Shown here piece by piece: positions 13,539 to 27,222 of a stretch of DNA of 64,000 nt. The first letter of the stretch is position 1, and each line of letters begins with the position of its first letter. Below the pieces are notes generated by a model, which did no database searches, had not been told where the DNA came from, and was given only the letters and a program-made list of their open reading frames with translations. Position numbers and translations under genes: made by a program. Origin of the DNA: Rhizophagus irregularis (taxonomy: Eukaryota); the NCBI RefSeq assembly GCF_026210795.1, contig NC_089431.1, positions 2,604,001-2,668,000 on the forward strand, read 5' to 3'.

Positions 13539-14369
13539 CTATTCAGTTTTTGTATGTTTATCAAAGTCTTCAATAAATTTTCCATTATATTCTTTATAAA
13601 TGTTAGAAAATTCTTGAAAGACACGATTAGCATCTTTATTTTGAGAAAATTCACCTTGAAGAAAAGTATGTAAAGCACGCCAAAATTGAGGATCTTTCAA
13701 TTTTTCCATAGCAGAAGAACTAAGAGGTTCTTGAGCTGAACTTGAAGAAACAGGTGATGATATTGTATCAGAAGTAGAAGAACTAATTGACGCACTACCA
13801 GACTTTTGAACTAAATGTACTGTGGTATCATTATTAATACCATATTCATATAAAGTTTTAGTATCGATTAAAGCTTTTCCTTTTAATATCAATCTTTGAT
13901 TATTAATAGGAATCGAAGCAAGTGGTTGCAATTTTTCCTTAAGATTAATAACCGTATCAGAATTATTTAATTGGACTGTAAATGTTTGACCTCCTTTAAG
14001 TGATTTAATTTTTACTTGAATTGGAATACCTGAAAAAAAAAGTACGCGTTATTTGGAAAAAAAACAAGGGGAAAAAAATTCATTCAAAATATTACGCCTG
14101 TACCTTGAGCAGGTTCGGCGTTTTGTGAAATTTCTTGATTTGATTTTCCTGTTGATTTTTTACTTTTACTAGATAGTGCGTTTGCTGTCTAAAAATAATA
14201 ATAAAATGAAAACTTGTATTAAATAAGAAAGTCTGGTTTAGATTCTTTAACTTACTGGCTTTTGACGCGTTTGAAGAGGAGGAGCAAAGTCTTGAGGATA
14301 TCTCACGGGGCGTGATGATAAAGAACTAAGGAAATTTGTAACAAAATTTGTTTCGTCAACTAAACTCAT
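13539..14369 (-). CDS. GET5: Get5/Mdy2/UBL4-like ubiquitin-like protein
   Basis: N-terminus FVTNFLSSLSSRPVRYPQDF (Get5_N-like), Ubl domain (QRLILKGKALID..LYEYGI..TVHLV) and C-terminal FWRALHTFL dimerisation-type helix. Confidence 0.75.
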
Positions 14370-14625
14370 ACTGAGATCAAGAGTAGAGAAATGGTTAAGA
14401 AAACTGCAAGAGGAAAAATTTCTGAAATGATCGGCAGTTACACCGCTTAGATGTTTAAATTTCATATGTTGAATATCGGAAAAACTAAAGAGGAAAACAA
14501 AGTAATCAAGAATCGCCAAGTTATCTGCCAAGTTATTCGCCAAGTATATCTTATAAATAAGCCAATTAATTTGTTTTGAGTGTCCCCATTTGAATCTTCT
14601 TTACTTACACACATACATAGTAACA

Positions 14626-15948
14626 ATGTCAACTCAGAATACTGAAGCAATAAATACCCTGAAGGGTATGTTCCCTAGCGTAGATCCCGAAGTATGTGAA
14701 GCAGTATTTGAAGCCAATCAAGCAAATTTAGAACAAAGTATAAATGCTCTTTTGAGTATGTCTGACCCAAACTACAAGAGTGAAGAAAATATTCCAGCTC
14801 AAACCGAAGTATGTTGTATCATTTGAATTAGCTTCTTTACGTTTTTCCTATAAATTTTTTAATTTTTTTTTTTAAATACATAGTCTGGACCTAATACTAG
14901 CGAACAAATTAAACGTGATGAAGAATTAGCTAGAAGTTTAGCAGCCGAAGCAGATAGTAAGTTTTTATTTTTAAAATAACTTTTTCATATATCTAAATTT
15001 TTGATTTTTGATTTTAGGACAATTTTATGCCGAAAATCCTCAATATGATGCACAACAACAACGACAGCAACATGGACAGCAATCACCGCCTCAACAGCAA
15101 CAACAATCTGCTTTCCCTGATTTTTCAGGTAAAAATGCTTAATTTCATTAATTAGATAAAGATATGATTTTTATATTAAATTATTTTTCTATTAAATAGA
15201 GGAACTTCCAATAATTAAAGAAAAAATTGTTCAGGCTGTTGACAGTAAGGATTATTTATTTGATTGAGCAACTTTAATTTTCTTAAATTATTAAATTTAT
15301 TTTTAAAAAATTTTAGCAACAAAAAAGAAAGCTAAAGAATGGTACGAAAAATTAAAACAACAAACGGCAACAAGAAATGAAACAACTCAACATTCTACTC
15401 CGCATTACACAAGTTTACCCGGTTATGAAGCAGATAATCCTTTACTTGAAGAAGATTTTTCTCCTTTTCAACCACAAAAAAATAATGATCGTCAGTATAT
15501 CAATACCACCAACAATTCTTTTAATACTGCCCCTAATGCTCGAATTTCACCTTTGAAATCTCAGCCAGTTTATGGATCACATGGTATTGATGTTAACAAG
15601 GATACTGACGATGATGATGTATTTAGCTCTTCCACTAATAATCATCAAATAAAAATTATAAGAGAAGAAAGAGAAGATCATAATCAATCTTCAATTAATT
15701 CTGCTTCTAAGGCTTCTCCATATAAATTAAATGATGATTTAGAAATTCCAGATAATAAAGATAATAATAATAATTCTACATCAACAGCAACTACTACTTC
15801 TCCTGAAAGGCATGATATTCACAAAGCTACTAGTGCAGGTAATTTATATTTATTTACATCCATAATCGTATAAGTTAATCATTCTTTTAATGTCATCTTT
15901 TTTAATTTAGATGCTGAAGACATTAAAGATTTAGACTTGAAACAATAA
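14626..15948 (+). CDS. CUE-domain ubiquitin-binding protein (Cue5-like)
   Basis: TLKGMFPSVDPEVCEAVFEANQANLEQSINALLSMSDP (CUE domain), QIKRDEELARSLA and ELPIIKE; several small exons. Confidence 0.8.
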
Positions 15949-16289
15949 CTAGAATTATTTATTGTACGAAATGCTCGATTGTATTATTAATCTTTTTTTT
16001 TAATATTTAGTTTATGATTAGATAATCTGCTTAAATATTATATAGTACTTATAACTTATTCTACACTTTATTTGTTATAATTGTAAATGTTTTATATAAT
16101 AAAATAACCTGAAAATATGTAACATTTCAAGCACTTCGAATAAAAAAAAAAATTAATTTATAAAAAAAAAAAATCTAGATAAAGTTATTATCTCATTCGT
16201 GTATAGAGACTCTCTAAAGCTCTTTTTCTAACTGGAGATCTTGGATAATAATCATATTCAATAAATACAATTAAGAATAAAAATTTTTA

Positions 16290-17938
16290 TCAATAATGGC
16301 TACCATTAATCTTCCTGTTGCCATTTTCGGAGTATTTCCCATAACCATCATCTGTTCTCAATCGTTTATCATATCGATGTGAACTTTCCAGATCGACCAC
16401 ATCAAGATCATCATCCTCATCCTCACGACTATTATAGGCCATTTCGACTTCCTCAAACTCTTCTTCAATCTCTACTTCCTCAAAATCATCATCATCGATT
16501 TCCTCAACATTTGGTGATTCAGTATCTTGATTATAATTAGCATAATATTCTTCTAAATATCGGCCATGTCCCTCATCTTCTTTTTCGTTAACTCTAATAT
16601 TTTCCACCTTTTGCTCTTCAATTTCTTTGTTTGCTCCTGAATTCCAAGCATTCGAAACCATCATTTCACCTGAAACTGTACTACGAACATGCCAAGCAGG
16701 TAACGCATTTTGTTGTCTATTAAATATAAAAAAGTAAATAGACATTCTAAATAAACGTGATTAAACATAAGTACTTAAAAAATACTTGCCGCTTTTTTTC
16801 AAGTTCCGCTTGTCGTTCTATTTTTGAAGTCTCATTATCATCCTGAAACACAACGACAATATCCCCTCCCATTTGTTGCATGGTGTCTTGGGCATATTGT
16901 ACATCATGTTCCTCTAAATATATCATTGAAATAATTAACGTCAGTACGAAAATAAAATACAATCTATACTTTATTTATTACATACGAGTAGAACCTGGTT
17001 GTCCATTTTTTGCACCTGATCCAGCTTGTAGTTTTTCAATTGAAGAACTTTTGTACAAATAGAGATAAATTATTGCAATAGAAACTAATCAAATCCTAAA
17101 TTAAATTTATATAAGTAAATACATACACAGGGATTCGTAATTTATCAATAGTTTTCAATAAATCGATTATCGGTTTACTTTGTTCCATGAATCTAAAATT
17201 TTTAAATAATGATCAGTAAGTTATTTTGCGGACTAAACCATCGTCAACAATTACCTTCCATGAAGCTTCTCGGATCCTTTGACGTTTTCGGCATTGTCAT
17301 TATGATCCAATTCAGAATGACATAAATCACATATAAATGTCTGACGAATAGGATCAAAGAGATTATGAACGTCAAGAGGTGCAAATACTTTTTTGCAACC
17401 TGGGCATAAATATCCCTTATTTTCTTGTTCCTGTATTCACAAAGAGGCTTCAACATGGATTGTTTACATGAAATAGAATATCAAATCAAATTCAAAATAA
17501 AAATGAATTCATACACTTCGCATACGATCGCCGACCATCTCACGGATTTTAAAAATTTTCCATTTGATAACATTGACAACCTAATAAAAATAAAAAAATG
17601 ATAAATAATAATGATTATAAATACACATAAATATGTGTTCTTACCTGTTGCCAGTCAACATAATAATAAGTTCTTGGAATTGCCCGCTGTTCTGCTTTCT
17701 TTGGTTCAGCTTTTGTGAACGTTTTAATGAGACGTGCTTCTTTTAGAGTACCGCAAAACTTGTGGATCTCTTTGACGTTAAGACCAACGCCTTTCGCCAA
17801 GTTTTCGTCGCTCATGGCTTCTTGTTTAGTGAGCTGATCCAGTATTACAATGTGATGTGTTTGGAAAAAAGCTCTTGCCACCCTCATTAGCAAAGAAATG
17901 AATACGCTCATATCAGTTGCTTCTTCCACACCACTCAT
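16290..17938 (-). CDS. TFA1: Transcription initiation factor TFIIE alpha subunit
   Basis: RVARAFF...YYYVDW, Zn ribbon YLCPGCKK...FICDLCHSEL, QNALPAWHVRSTVSG and an acidic tail. Confidence 0.9.
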
Positions 17939-18370
17939 TGTATTAATGTTTTATTAAAAAATTTTGTAACGACGAAAACAAAAATCAATGGCAGTTGGAG
18001 GTATAACAAGAAAAACCAACAAAGCAAGGCGGAAGCTCAAATAGCGACTTCTCAAGTTAAAAGTTCTATCAAAGAATTTTGATCTCTGAAAAATATGTAA
18101 TAAACAGAAAAGAAAATAGAAACTAACATAAATAATAATGGGCTTTTTTTGTACGTCCGAATACTACCAGAATTCCGCAGCAATGCGGGGAATCGGAATT
18201 TTTCGGTTCTTATTCAAGGAGGGTTAAACAAACAACCTTACCTGGAACAATATGGAACATGAATTAATAAGTTTGATTTGTCAATATAATGTATGTGATA
18301 AAGTATAAATAAGGTCAGAATCCGTTTTTTTTTTCGATTCAATTTCCCTTTAAATTTTAGGTCAAACTAA

Positions 18371-19883
<1,513 letters not shown>

Positions 19884-21614
19884 AATATAATAATAGTAAA
19901 AGGAGCAATGTATTAAATAGATGTATTTTAAATAAATAAATTTTATTTAATTTAATTTTTTAGAATCTAATAATGTTAAAGTAATAATCACATTACAAGA
20001 CGAAAATAGCTAATAGCGGAGTAGTCGGAAGATGAAGTATAGATAGAATTATATATAATACATACACTTCAAATGTAGCTTTAACATTCAGGTTTATTTT
20101 GCATTTTAAATGATAAATAGAGTTTATTTTGAGTAAACTCGTGCATTTTTGTAATTTGAATCACTTTTTAGCTTTCTACTATATACCAAAATTAAAGCGC
20201 ACCTGATTTAGTAAATCATAACAGGAAAAAACATTGGACATATAATCGATTAAAATCTACCATAACTTCCTGGTACCCTTTAATGATTAATCATTATATC
20301 GGAATTGGTGATGTCGATCGAAGGATAAAATTTGAAATTCGATATAATGACACCATCCGTTCTATTAGTAAAATTTGTCAAAAATCCGTTATATTAGGAA
20401 ATCCATTATCGAGGGTAAATTAATTATACTGTATAAATAAAAGCTATACTGTATAGACTATACAACATCGGGAGTGATACAGAAGTTGTGGGATTTGCTG
20501 TACCAACTCGCTCTGAATCCAATTGTAAAGTATCCTGTAGAATTATATTTAAGTTTTGCAATGGTTGACATTTTTTTTGTTCTCAAACCTTTTGAATACT
20601 AGACTTATTGATATTATCAAATAAATTGGAGCCAATAGAAAGTCTCAGCTTTGATTGTTGTAGCTCTTGACTCATATTTGGATGGATTTTAAGGTCATAT
20701 TTATTAAATAGCCCTTCAATCTGCTGCTGATGAACTATTATATACCAAATTTGGTTTTATACAAAGTTACATTAAATTATCCAAAATCTTCAAAATTTAA
20801 TAACTCACATTATTGACATTTAAATAGTACTATAAGCTTGAACAAATACATGATGACTTTAAGTAACTTGTTTTTCATAAACTCAAGAAAAAAAATTTTT
20901 TTTTATTCAATACAAAAGTTAAAGAAGTTTAAGTTACTATTTCCAAATAACAATAATTATTTTTTTTCAAAAAATTGAGGTATTATATGAAAGAGAAAGA
21001 TATTTAAGATAAGTTTAAAAAATTTCAAATGAAAATAAGAACTAAGAAGAAATATTCCTAGTTATGGAGTCACGAAAACATGTTAATTTTAATAGGAAAT
21101 TAGTAGTAAATTACTTATAACTTTCATATAATGATCGGCAGAAAAATCTTTAATAGTAAATTTTTATATGATACTTTACATATGTTTTGATTGTCCGGAG
21201 CGAAGCGAAGGACAATATATGTCTACGCACTATGAAAAAAAAATCGATCACGTGAGTTTCTCTGTCTGCCACGTGATCGTCACCCAATGAAATCGGCAAA
21301 TTTTAGTTTTTCGTTCCGGACTTACAACGGTTCCCGTAATTAGTTGATGGAATGACATGAAATCATTCACGTTATATAAATTGCAATATACCAAAATTTC
21401 CCGGATTATACCGAAGGTCAGATCGGCCCAGACACCAAATTCGTTATAACGCGAGCCGACTGTATACCGTAAATTAATATAAATATTGTGTAAATGTGTA
21501 ATAATAGGGGCAAAAATTGAATTTCGCTCATGCCTTATTCTAGTCCAAATTTATTTTTAGCAGAACAGCAGAACATATTAAATCCCGACGGGTCAAAAAC
21601 GTGTATTAAGAAAC

Positions 21615-23478
21615 ATGGAAGAAATGCTAAGAAAACGTGGAAAAATTATCATAGGAGTTGTGGGAGTTGTAACTATTCCTTTCACTATACCTATTCTGAC
21701 ATATATTGTTTTACGTGATGTAGTGCAAGAAGTAAAAAAAAAGACAAAAAAAGTAAAAAGAGATATCGAGATATGGAGCTTGGAACAAACTTTAAAACTG
21801 CAACTTGAATTAGAGCTAAAGAAATTTATTTATGAGCAGAGCAAAGTTCAAAAGGATATTGGGTTAAAACCAAGCGATGCGGGTTTTTGTGAGTGGCTAA
21901 AGGACGTTAAAAAAGTTAAAATTGATTGTGTATTAACTAACTGCAAACAAGAGTTACAAGCAGAATATGAAAAGTATCTAACTACCGGAACTCAAGAATT
22001 GCCGTCACTCAATATAGAGGCGATTGACCAATTAAAAAGTTTTAATCATTGTAAATTGTTTCCTAAACAAGAATGGATAGTTAATAAGTTGATACCAAAT
22101 GCAGAATTAAACAAAAGATATAAAAGTTATGGTTTATGTTTAGATTGCCAACAACCTAAAATTGATGAATTTAATTGCCAAACTTGTGGTACTCGATATT
22201 TAATCCAGTACTTCAAAGAACTGACCAGTAGTAGCAATCCAGAAAATGAAATTATTAAAAAATTCCAATCAGATAGCCCTAGTTATAAGAAAGCATTGCT
22301 AAAAAGAATACCTTATAACAAATTTGAAAGCGAAAGTATCGAGTATTTAGGAAGGGGAGGATTCAGTACAATCTTTAAAGCTATAATGAACGAATATAAT
22401 GATTATTACGATTATGAAAAAGACGATGAAAAAGTTAAAAACAGGAGTGATTATATAATTTATCGCAAAGTTGTTTTAAAGAAATTAAAAGATTCTAGCA
22501 ATGCAATGACTGTGGATTTTTTGCAAGAAGTCGCTAATCATCATAAATTGTTTAAAAAGGGCGATAAGATTGTGAAGTGTTACGGGATCACCCAAGACCA
22601 TCAAAAAGACTACGTGATGGTTATGGAATACATGGATGGCGGCGACTTGCGACAATGTTTAAAAAAGCATGCTAACAAGTTAGACTTTAAAGCTAAACTC
22701 TATTAATTACTTACAATTACAATTGGATTAAACAGAATTCATAATCTAGGATTAGTTCATGGGGATTTACATCCAGGCAATATATTAGTTAATTATTTTT
22801 TTTCTTTGTAGCATTTCTGATCTAGGTTTTTGCCGACCTGTTAATGAATCCGATAAAAGTAAAGTCTATGGCGTTACTCCATATATTGCTCCAGAAGTTT
22901 TAAGGCACCAACCTTATACTCAAGCAAGCGATATTTATTCTTTTGGTGTAATAGCATATGAATTATTTTGGAGTAAATCTCCTTATTATGATAAATCGCA
23001 TGATGAATTCTTGGCTATAGAAATCTGTAAAGGCTTACGGCCTAATCTAGATGATCTAAAATTCCCTCAAGTGTTTAAAAACTTAATTCGACAATGTTGG
23101 AATGCTGATCCAGCAAAGCGTCCAACATCTGATAAATTAGAAAAGACTTTAAGAGATTGGCAAAAAGATACCGAATTTCTTCTTAAACTTCAAGAAATTT
23201 CTCAAGATTTCACTTACAAATCCCATCCAACTGCTATTACAACTAGTAAGTTAATAAACACCAAAGAGATTAATAGACAATTAAACAGTTTAGACCTTTT
23301 AGGAATTAATGTTTCAAAACTTGATTTTGAGGAAAATAAGAAAATAACTAGTTGCGAAGCAGAAATAACAGAAAATAACACTGCAAACATCATTTCTAGT
23401 CTAGTTTATAAATTAGAAAGCGAAGAAATCTCTCCCATTGAAGACAAAACATTGACTCAAATTTCACCGATGAACTAG
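21615..23478 (+). pseudogene. Intronless tyrosine-kinase-like (TKL) protein kinase, disrupted
   Basis: CLDC..CQTC finger, LGRGGFS, KVVLKKL and VMEYMDGGDL, then TAA at 22704-22706. HGDLHPGNILV continues in frame, followed by a +1 shift in the T8 run 22796-22803, then ISDLG, YIAPEVL, DIYSFG and CWNADPAKRP. Confidence 0.9.
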
Positions 23479-23664
23479 TTCAATCCTGAACCGAGTTAAA
23501 TTTCACTTATAAAGATTGAATCAACACCGATTAATATTCGTTTGATATACTGTATTTGATTAAGGAAATATCTAGAGAGATCTAAAGCGAAATCAAATTA
23601 ACTGTCGAAGACATTAAATAGCTAAAATTAAGTTGTTGGGACCGATAATGAATAAGTACTGTAA

Positions 23665-23809
23665 GGGTGCTGTCATTACCTAATATTTTAGTGGGAGGGG
23701 GTAACTAAAGATCTTAGGTTACATATAATACTATATAAGGAATTATATATATAACATATCTTACCTGCTCTTATATTAAAGTGATATTAGGTAATATCTG
23801 ACAGTGCCC
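23665..23809. mobile_element. 145-bp MITE-like foldback element with (G/T)TAA flanks
   Basis: Left end GTAA|GGGTGCTGTCATTACCTAATAT and right end ATATTAGGTAATATCTGACAGTGCCC|TTAA are imperfect terminal inverted repeats. Confidence 0.6.
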
Positions 23810-24762
23810 TTAAAGGGAAAGATGAAAAGAACATTGAAAATAAAGTTAAGGTGTAGCTAAATGTGGTGCAAATTTGGGTATTGGGTATAGGGGCAAAAGA
23901 ATATTATTGAAAAAGGGAACGTGAAATTATTTTAAAGGAAACACAGGCTGGATACAAATCGGTTTAGCTCTTTAAAACGGTTATTAACTTATTTGGCAGC
24001 ACTAGCTTTACTAAATTTAAATAGAATGTTTTTATTTCCGTAAAAAATTGTTGATAGCGAAATGACGAATGAATTTTAAATTGACGTTAAAAATAATTGA
24101 TGTAGTTAAGTGAATGAGTTATGTAGAACGTCGAATGAAGTAAAAAGCTTTAAAAAGAGAATTAAATAGCACGTGAGTTTATTGATTTATTGACTAAAGT
24201 CAAAGCGCTTTTCATTACCTTAATAATCATAAATATGTCATTGGGGAAAGTTTGAAAAATAGCTACTAGGAAAGGAATAAACATGCAAGTTATCTTGTCC
24301 GTCAGGACATGACTAGTGAACTAATGGCTAAACATGACATGAATCCTAAATTTGGTGTTAATTTGAAGATAGTTTCGCGTAACAAAAAATTTTTTTTGGT
24401 GAAGTTGAATTGTTCTCATTTATTTCCTAGCCTGGCAGCATGAAATAAATTGAAATAGTGCATTTAGTAGAATCCTAAAAGCATTCTTTTATAATAAAAT
24501 AACAATAGCACGTGTCAAGTAACTCTCGTATCGATGAAATTCCCACTTATCACACTTTTTTTCGCTCTTCACACCCAAGTAGAATCCTAATTACGATTGA
24601 GGAAATAGATTTTTTGACTTTAATTTAAACATTATAATTTAAACATTAGATTAGGCTTTTTTAAAAAATTTTTTTTTATGCTACACAATACATTATCCAA
24701 TCAAATCTAGTTTTAGCTATGTTAAGGATGCCAACAAGTACACATCTTTATTGCACGCAATT

Positions 24763-26845
24763 ATGATTGACAGTCTTTTCGTTTTGAACACTGCTGGGTA
24801 AATTTTCTTTAGGAAATAATTATTCTTTTCTTCTTAATTCTTACCATTTTTTTTTGTTATAGAAAAATTATCATTGAAAAACATTGGCGAGGTCTTATAA
24901 ATCGTCAAGTGGTTGATTATTTTAATGACCAAGTATCTAGACAGTCCTCCCCGGAAGATTTACCACCAGTCGTTTCGACGCCAAAATACCAGCTGGTCCA
25001 TGTTTACCGATCTAGCTTAACTTTTTTAAGTCCTGTTTCTAGTGAAGGTGATTAAACATAAATTGTGAGCCATTTGATATTTAATAAATTTCGGTTTTAT
25101 TCATTGGAATATAAATTATCATTTATTATAAAAAATAGTCGATGTTTTGTTAGTGTTAGAGTTCCTTCACAGGATAGTAGACATACTAGCAGAATATTTT
25201 GGTGAAATATCTGAGCTATCAATAAGAGATAATTTTGATGTCGTTTATCAGGTTAGATTTTAATCATTATTAGTTCGATTTGTATTTACTTTAAATTAAT
25301 CAATTTATAATTAATAGCTTTTAGAAGAAATGATGGATTATGGTAATTCTATAATTTATATTGATTTTAATGGCTCTTAAATAAAAAATGTCTTTAAAAT
25401 AAAGATTGGATAGAATATAATATGATTTTTATTATGTGTTATATAGGATATCCATTAACTACTGAACCTAATGCTCTGAAGGAAATGATTGTACCTCCAA
25501 ATATTATTAATAAAGTGATAAGTCAAGTTGCCGGAGTAACAAGGTAAAAAGGTCTCAAAGATAATAAAAAAAAGTATATACATATAATCTTATTTTTTTT
25601 TTCTTTCGTATTTGCTAGCGTTACGCAGCATATTCCTAATGGAAGTACAATATCAAGTATTCCATGGAGAAAATCTGGTGTAAAATATACAAATAATGAA
25701 ATATATTTTGATATGATTGAAGAAATAGATGCAATCGTTGATAGGTACAACGAAGTAAAACTAAATTTGATTTTCGAGAAAAATGAATTAGGGCTTATGT
25801 TTTTTTTCTTGATAATTTAGTAATGGCGCAATAGTGTCATCTGAAACCCATGGAATAATACAAGCAAATTGTCGTTTATCTGGTTGGTTATTCATAATTG
25901 TTTATTGAATAATAATTTAAATTTAAATTTAAATTAATTTATTGATATTTAGGAATGCCTGACCTTACGTTGAGTTTCGTAAATCCAAGAGTGTTGGATG
26001 ACTGTAGTTTTCATCCATGTGTTAGATATAACAAATTTGAAAATGAACGCGTACTTTCTTTTGTGCCTCCTGATGGTCCATTTAAATTAATGAACTATCG
26101 GGTAAATTTGCCACATCAACAATCTTTACCAATATATGTAAAACCGCAAATTCATATTGGAAATAATGGTGGTATGTTTCTTATTTAATATCATCCGATT
26201 ATAAATATTCTTTTTCTAAAAAAAAAAACATTATAGGTAAATTTGATATATCAATCAATATAAGAAATACAGATGGAAAACCTATAGAGAATGTCTTGCT
26301 GGTATTTCCCTTAGCTAAATCTGTATCGAATGTTAACGCTACATGTAATCTTGGTTCATATATTTTTGATCCCGTCACAAAGGTAAATTTTATCTTTTTT
26401 CGTATGAAAGGAAGTATTTTTAGTCTAAAAATGATTTTTTTTCTCATATTTGGTTAGAGTGTTAGATGGGATCTGGGTAAAATAGAATCTAAAGATAAAG
26501 TTCCTTTATTATCCGGAAACTTCAGCAGTTCGTGAGTAATGTTTTTTTTAGTTGAAAATAAAAAAAATCCAATACTAACAATGGTTTATTTATTTAGTGA
26601 ACAAACACCAGAATCAGGGCATACAATTACATTAGACTTTTCTATTAATATGTATGCAATATCGGGACTTAGAGTAGACAGTTTAAAGATATTTAATGAA
26701 GGATACAAACCATATAAGGTATGTTATATTAAAATTTAACTTTTTTAATTAATGAATGAAATTATTAATTTAATTTATTTAATTTATAAATTTAAAGGGT
26801 GTACGAAGTTTAACCAAAGCTGGAAAGTTTCAAATTCGCACATGA
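24763..26845 (+). CDS. APM3: AP-3 adaptor complex mu subunit
   Basis: [75 protein letters not shown] and [20 protein letters not shown]. Confidence 0.95.
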
Positions 26846-27222
26846 TAAGGACTTTTTAATTAATTAATTCATTCAAAATTTGGAAGTTTCAATTAAATCA
26901 TTAATGTATTTGGGGAGAAACCAAAAAAAAATTATTTAATTTATAATAATAATACAAATAAAACAAAACTTCTTGTATAATAACTAATAATAAATATTTC
27001 TTGTATTTAAACAAGGGACTATAAAATTAATGATTTAAATTCATTTGAACAAGAAAAATTTGTTGCTTCTGCCTAAAACTACTTTTTTTAACTTCTTTAT
27101 CTTACAATAAGAGAATATTTTTAAAAATCATATAAGTTCCTAATATAAATAAAATAATATAAATAAAATAATAATAAATAATATTTAATGAATACAGAAT
27201 ACTTTACTCACTCATTTCATAA

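Larger units (their letters stand above)
21185..24317 (+). mobile_element. Putative non-autonomous Helitron/Helentron-like element carrying a kinase pseudogene
   Basis: 5' hairpin ATTGTCC-GGAGCGAAGCGAA-GGACAAT (21190-21216); 10-bp inverted repeat CGATCACGTG/CACGTGATCG around TCTGTCTG (21245-21279); 3' hairpin TGTCC-GTCA-GGACA (24296-24309) followed by CTAGT (24313-24317). No Rep/helicase ORF. Confidence 0.5.

Noticed and set aside
17244..17456. Apparent frameshift in the TFA1 zinc-ribbon exon
   Set aside because: Counting the run gives 6 A on the coding strand, so CPGCKKVFAPLD...CDLC is in frame. The ORF track shows a different frame.
19900..21180. Possible decayed coding or TE relic, with a 16-bp palindrome TAATGATTAATCATTA at 20281
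   Set aside because: No recognisable protein motif, and AT-rich palindromes are expected at this composition.
21530..21718. 62-aa ORF overlapping the kinase start
   Set aside because: No motif; cannot be told apart from a chance ORF.
22788..22811. GT...AG mini-intron that might rescue the kinase
   Set aside because: It is only 24 nt, is a multiple of 3 so does not fix the +1 shift, and the upstream TAA remains.
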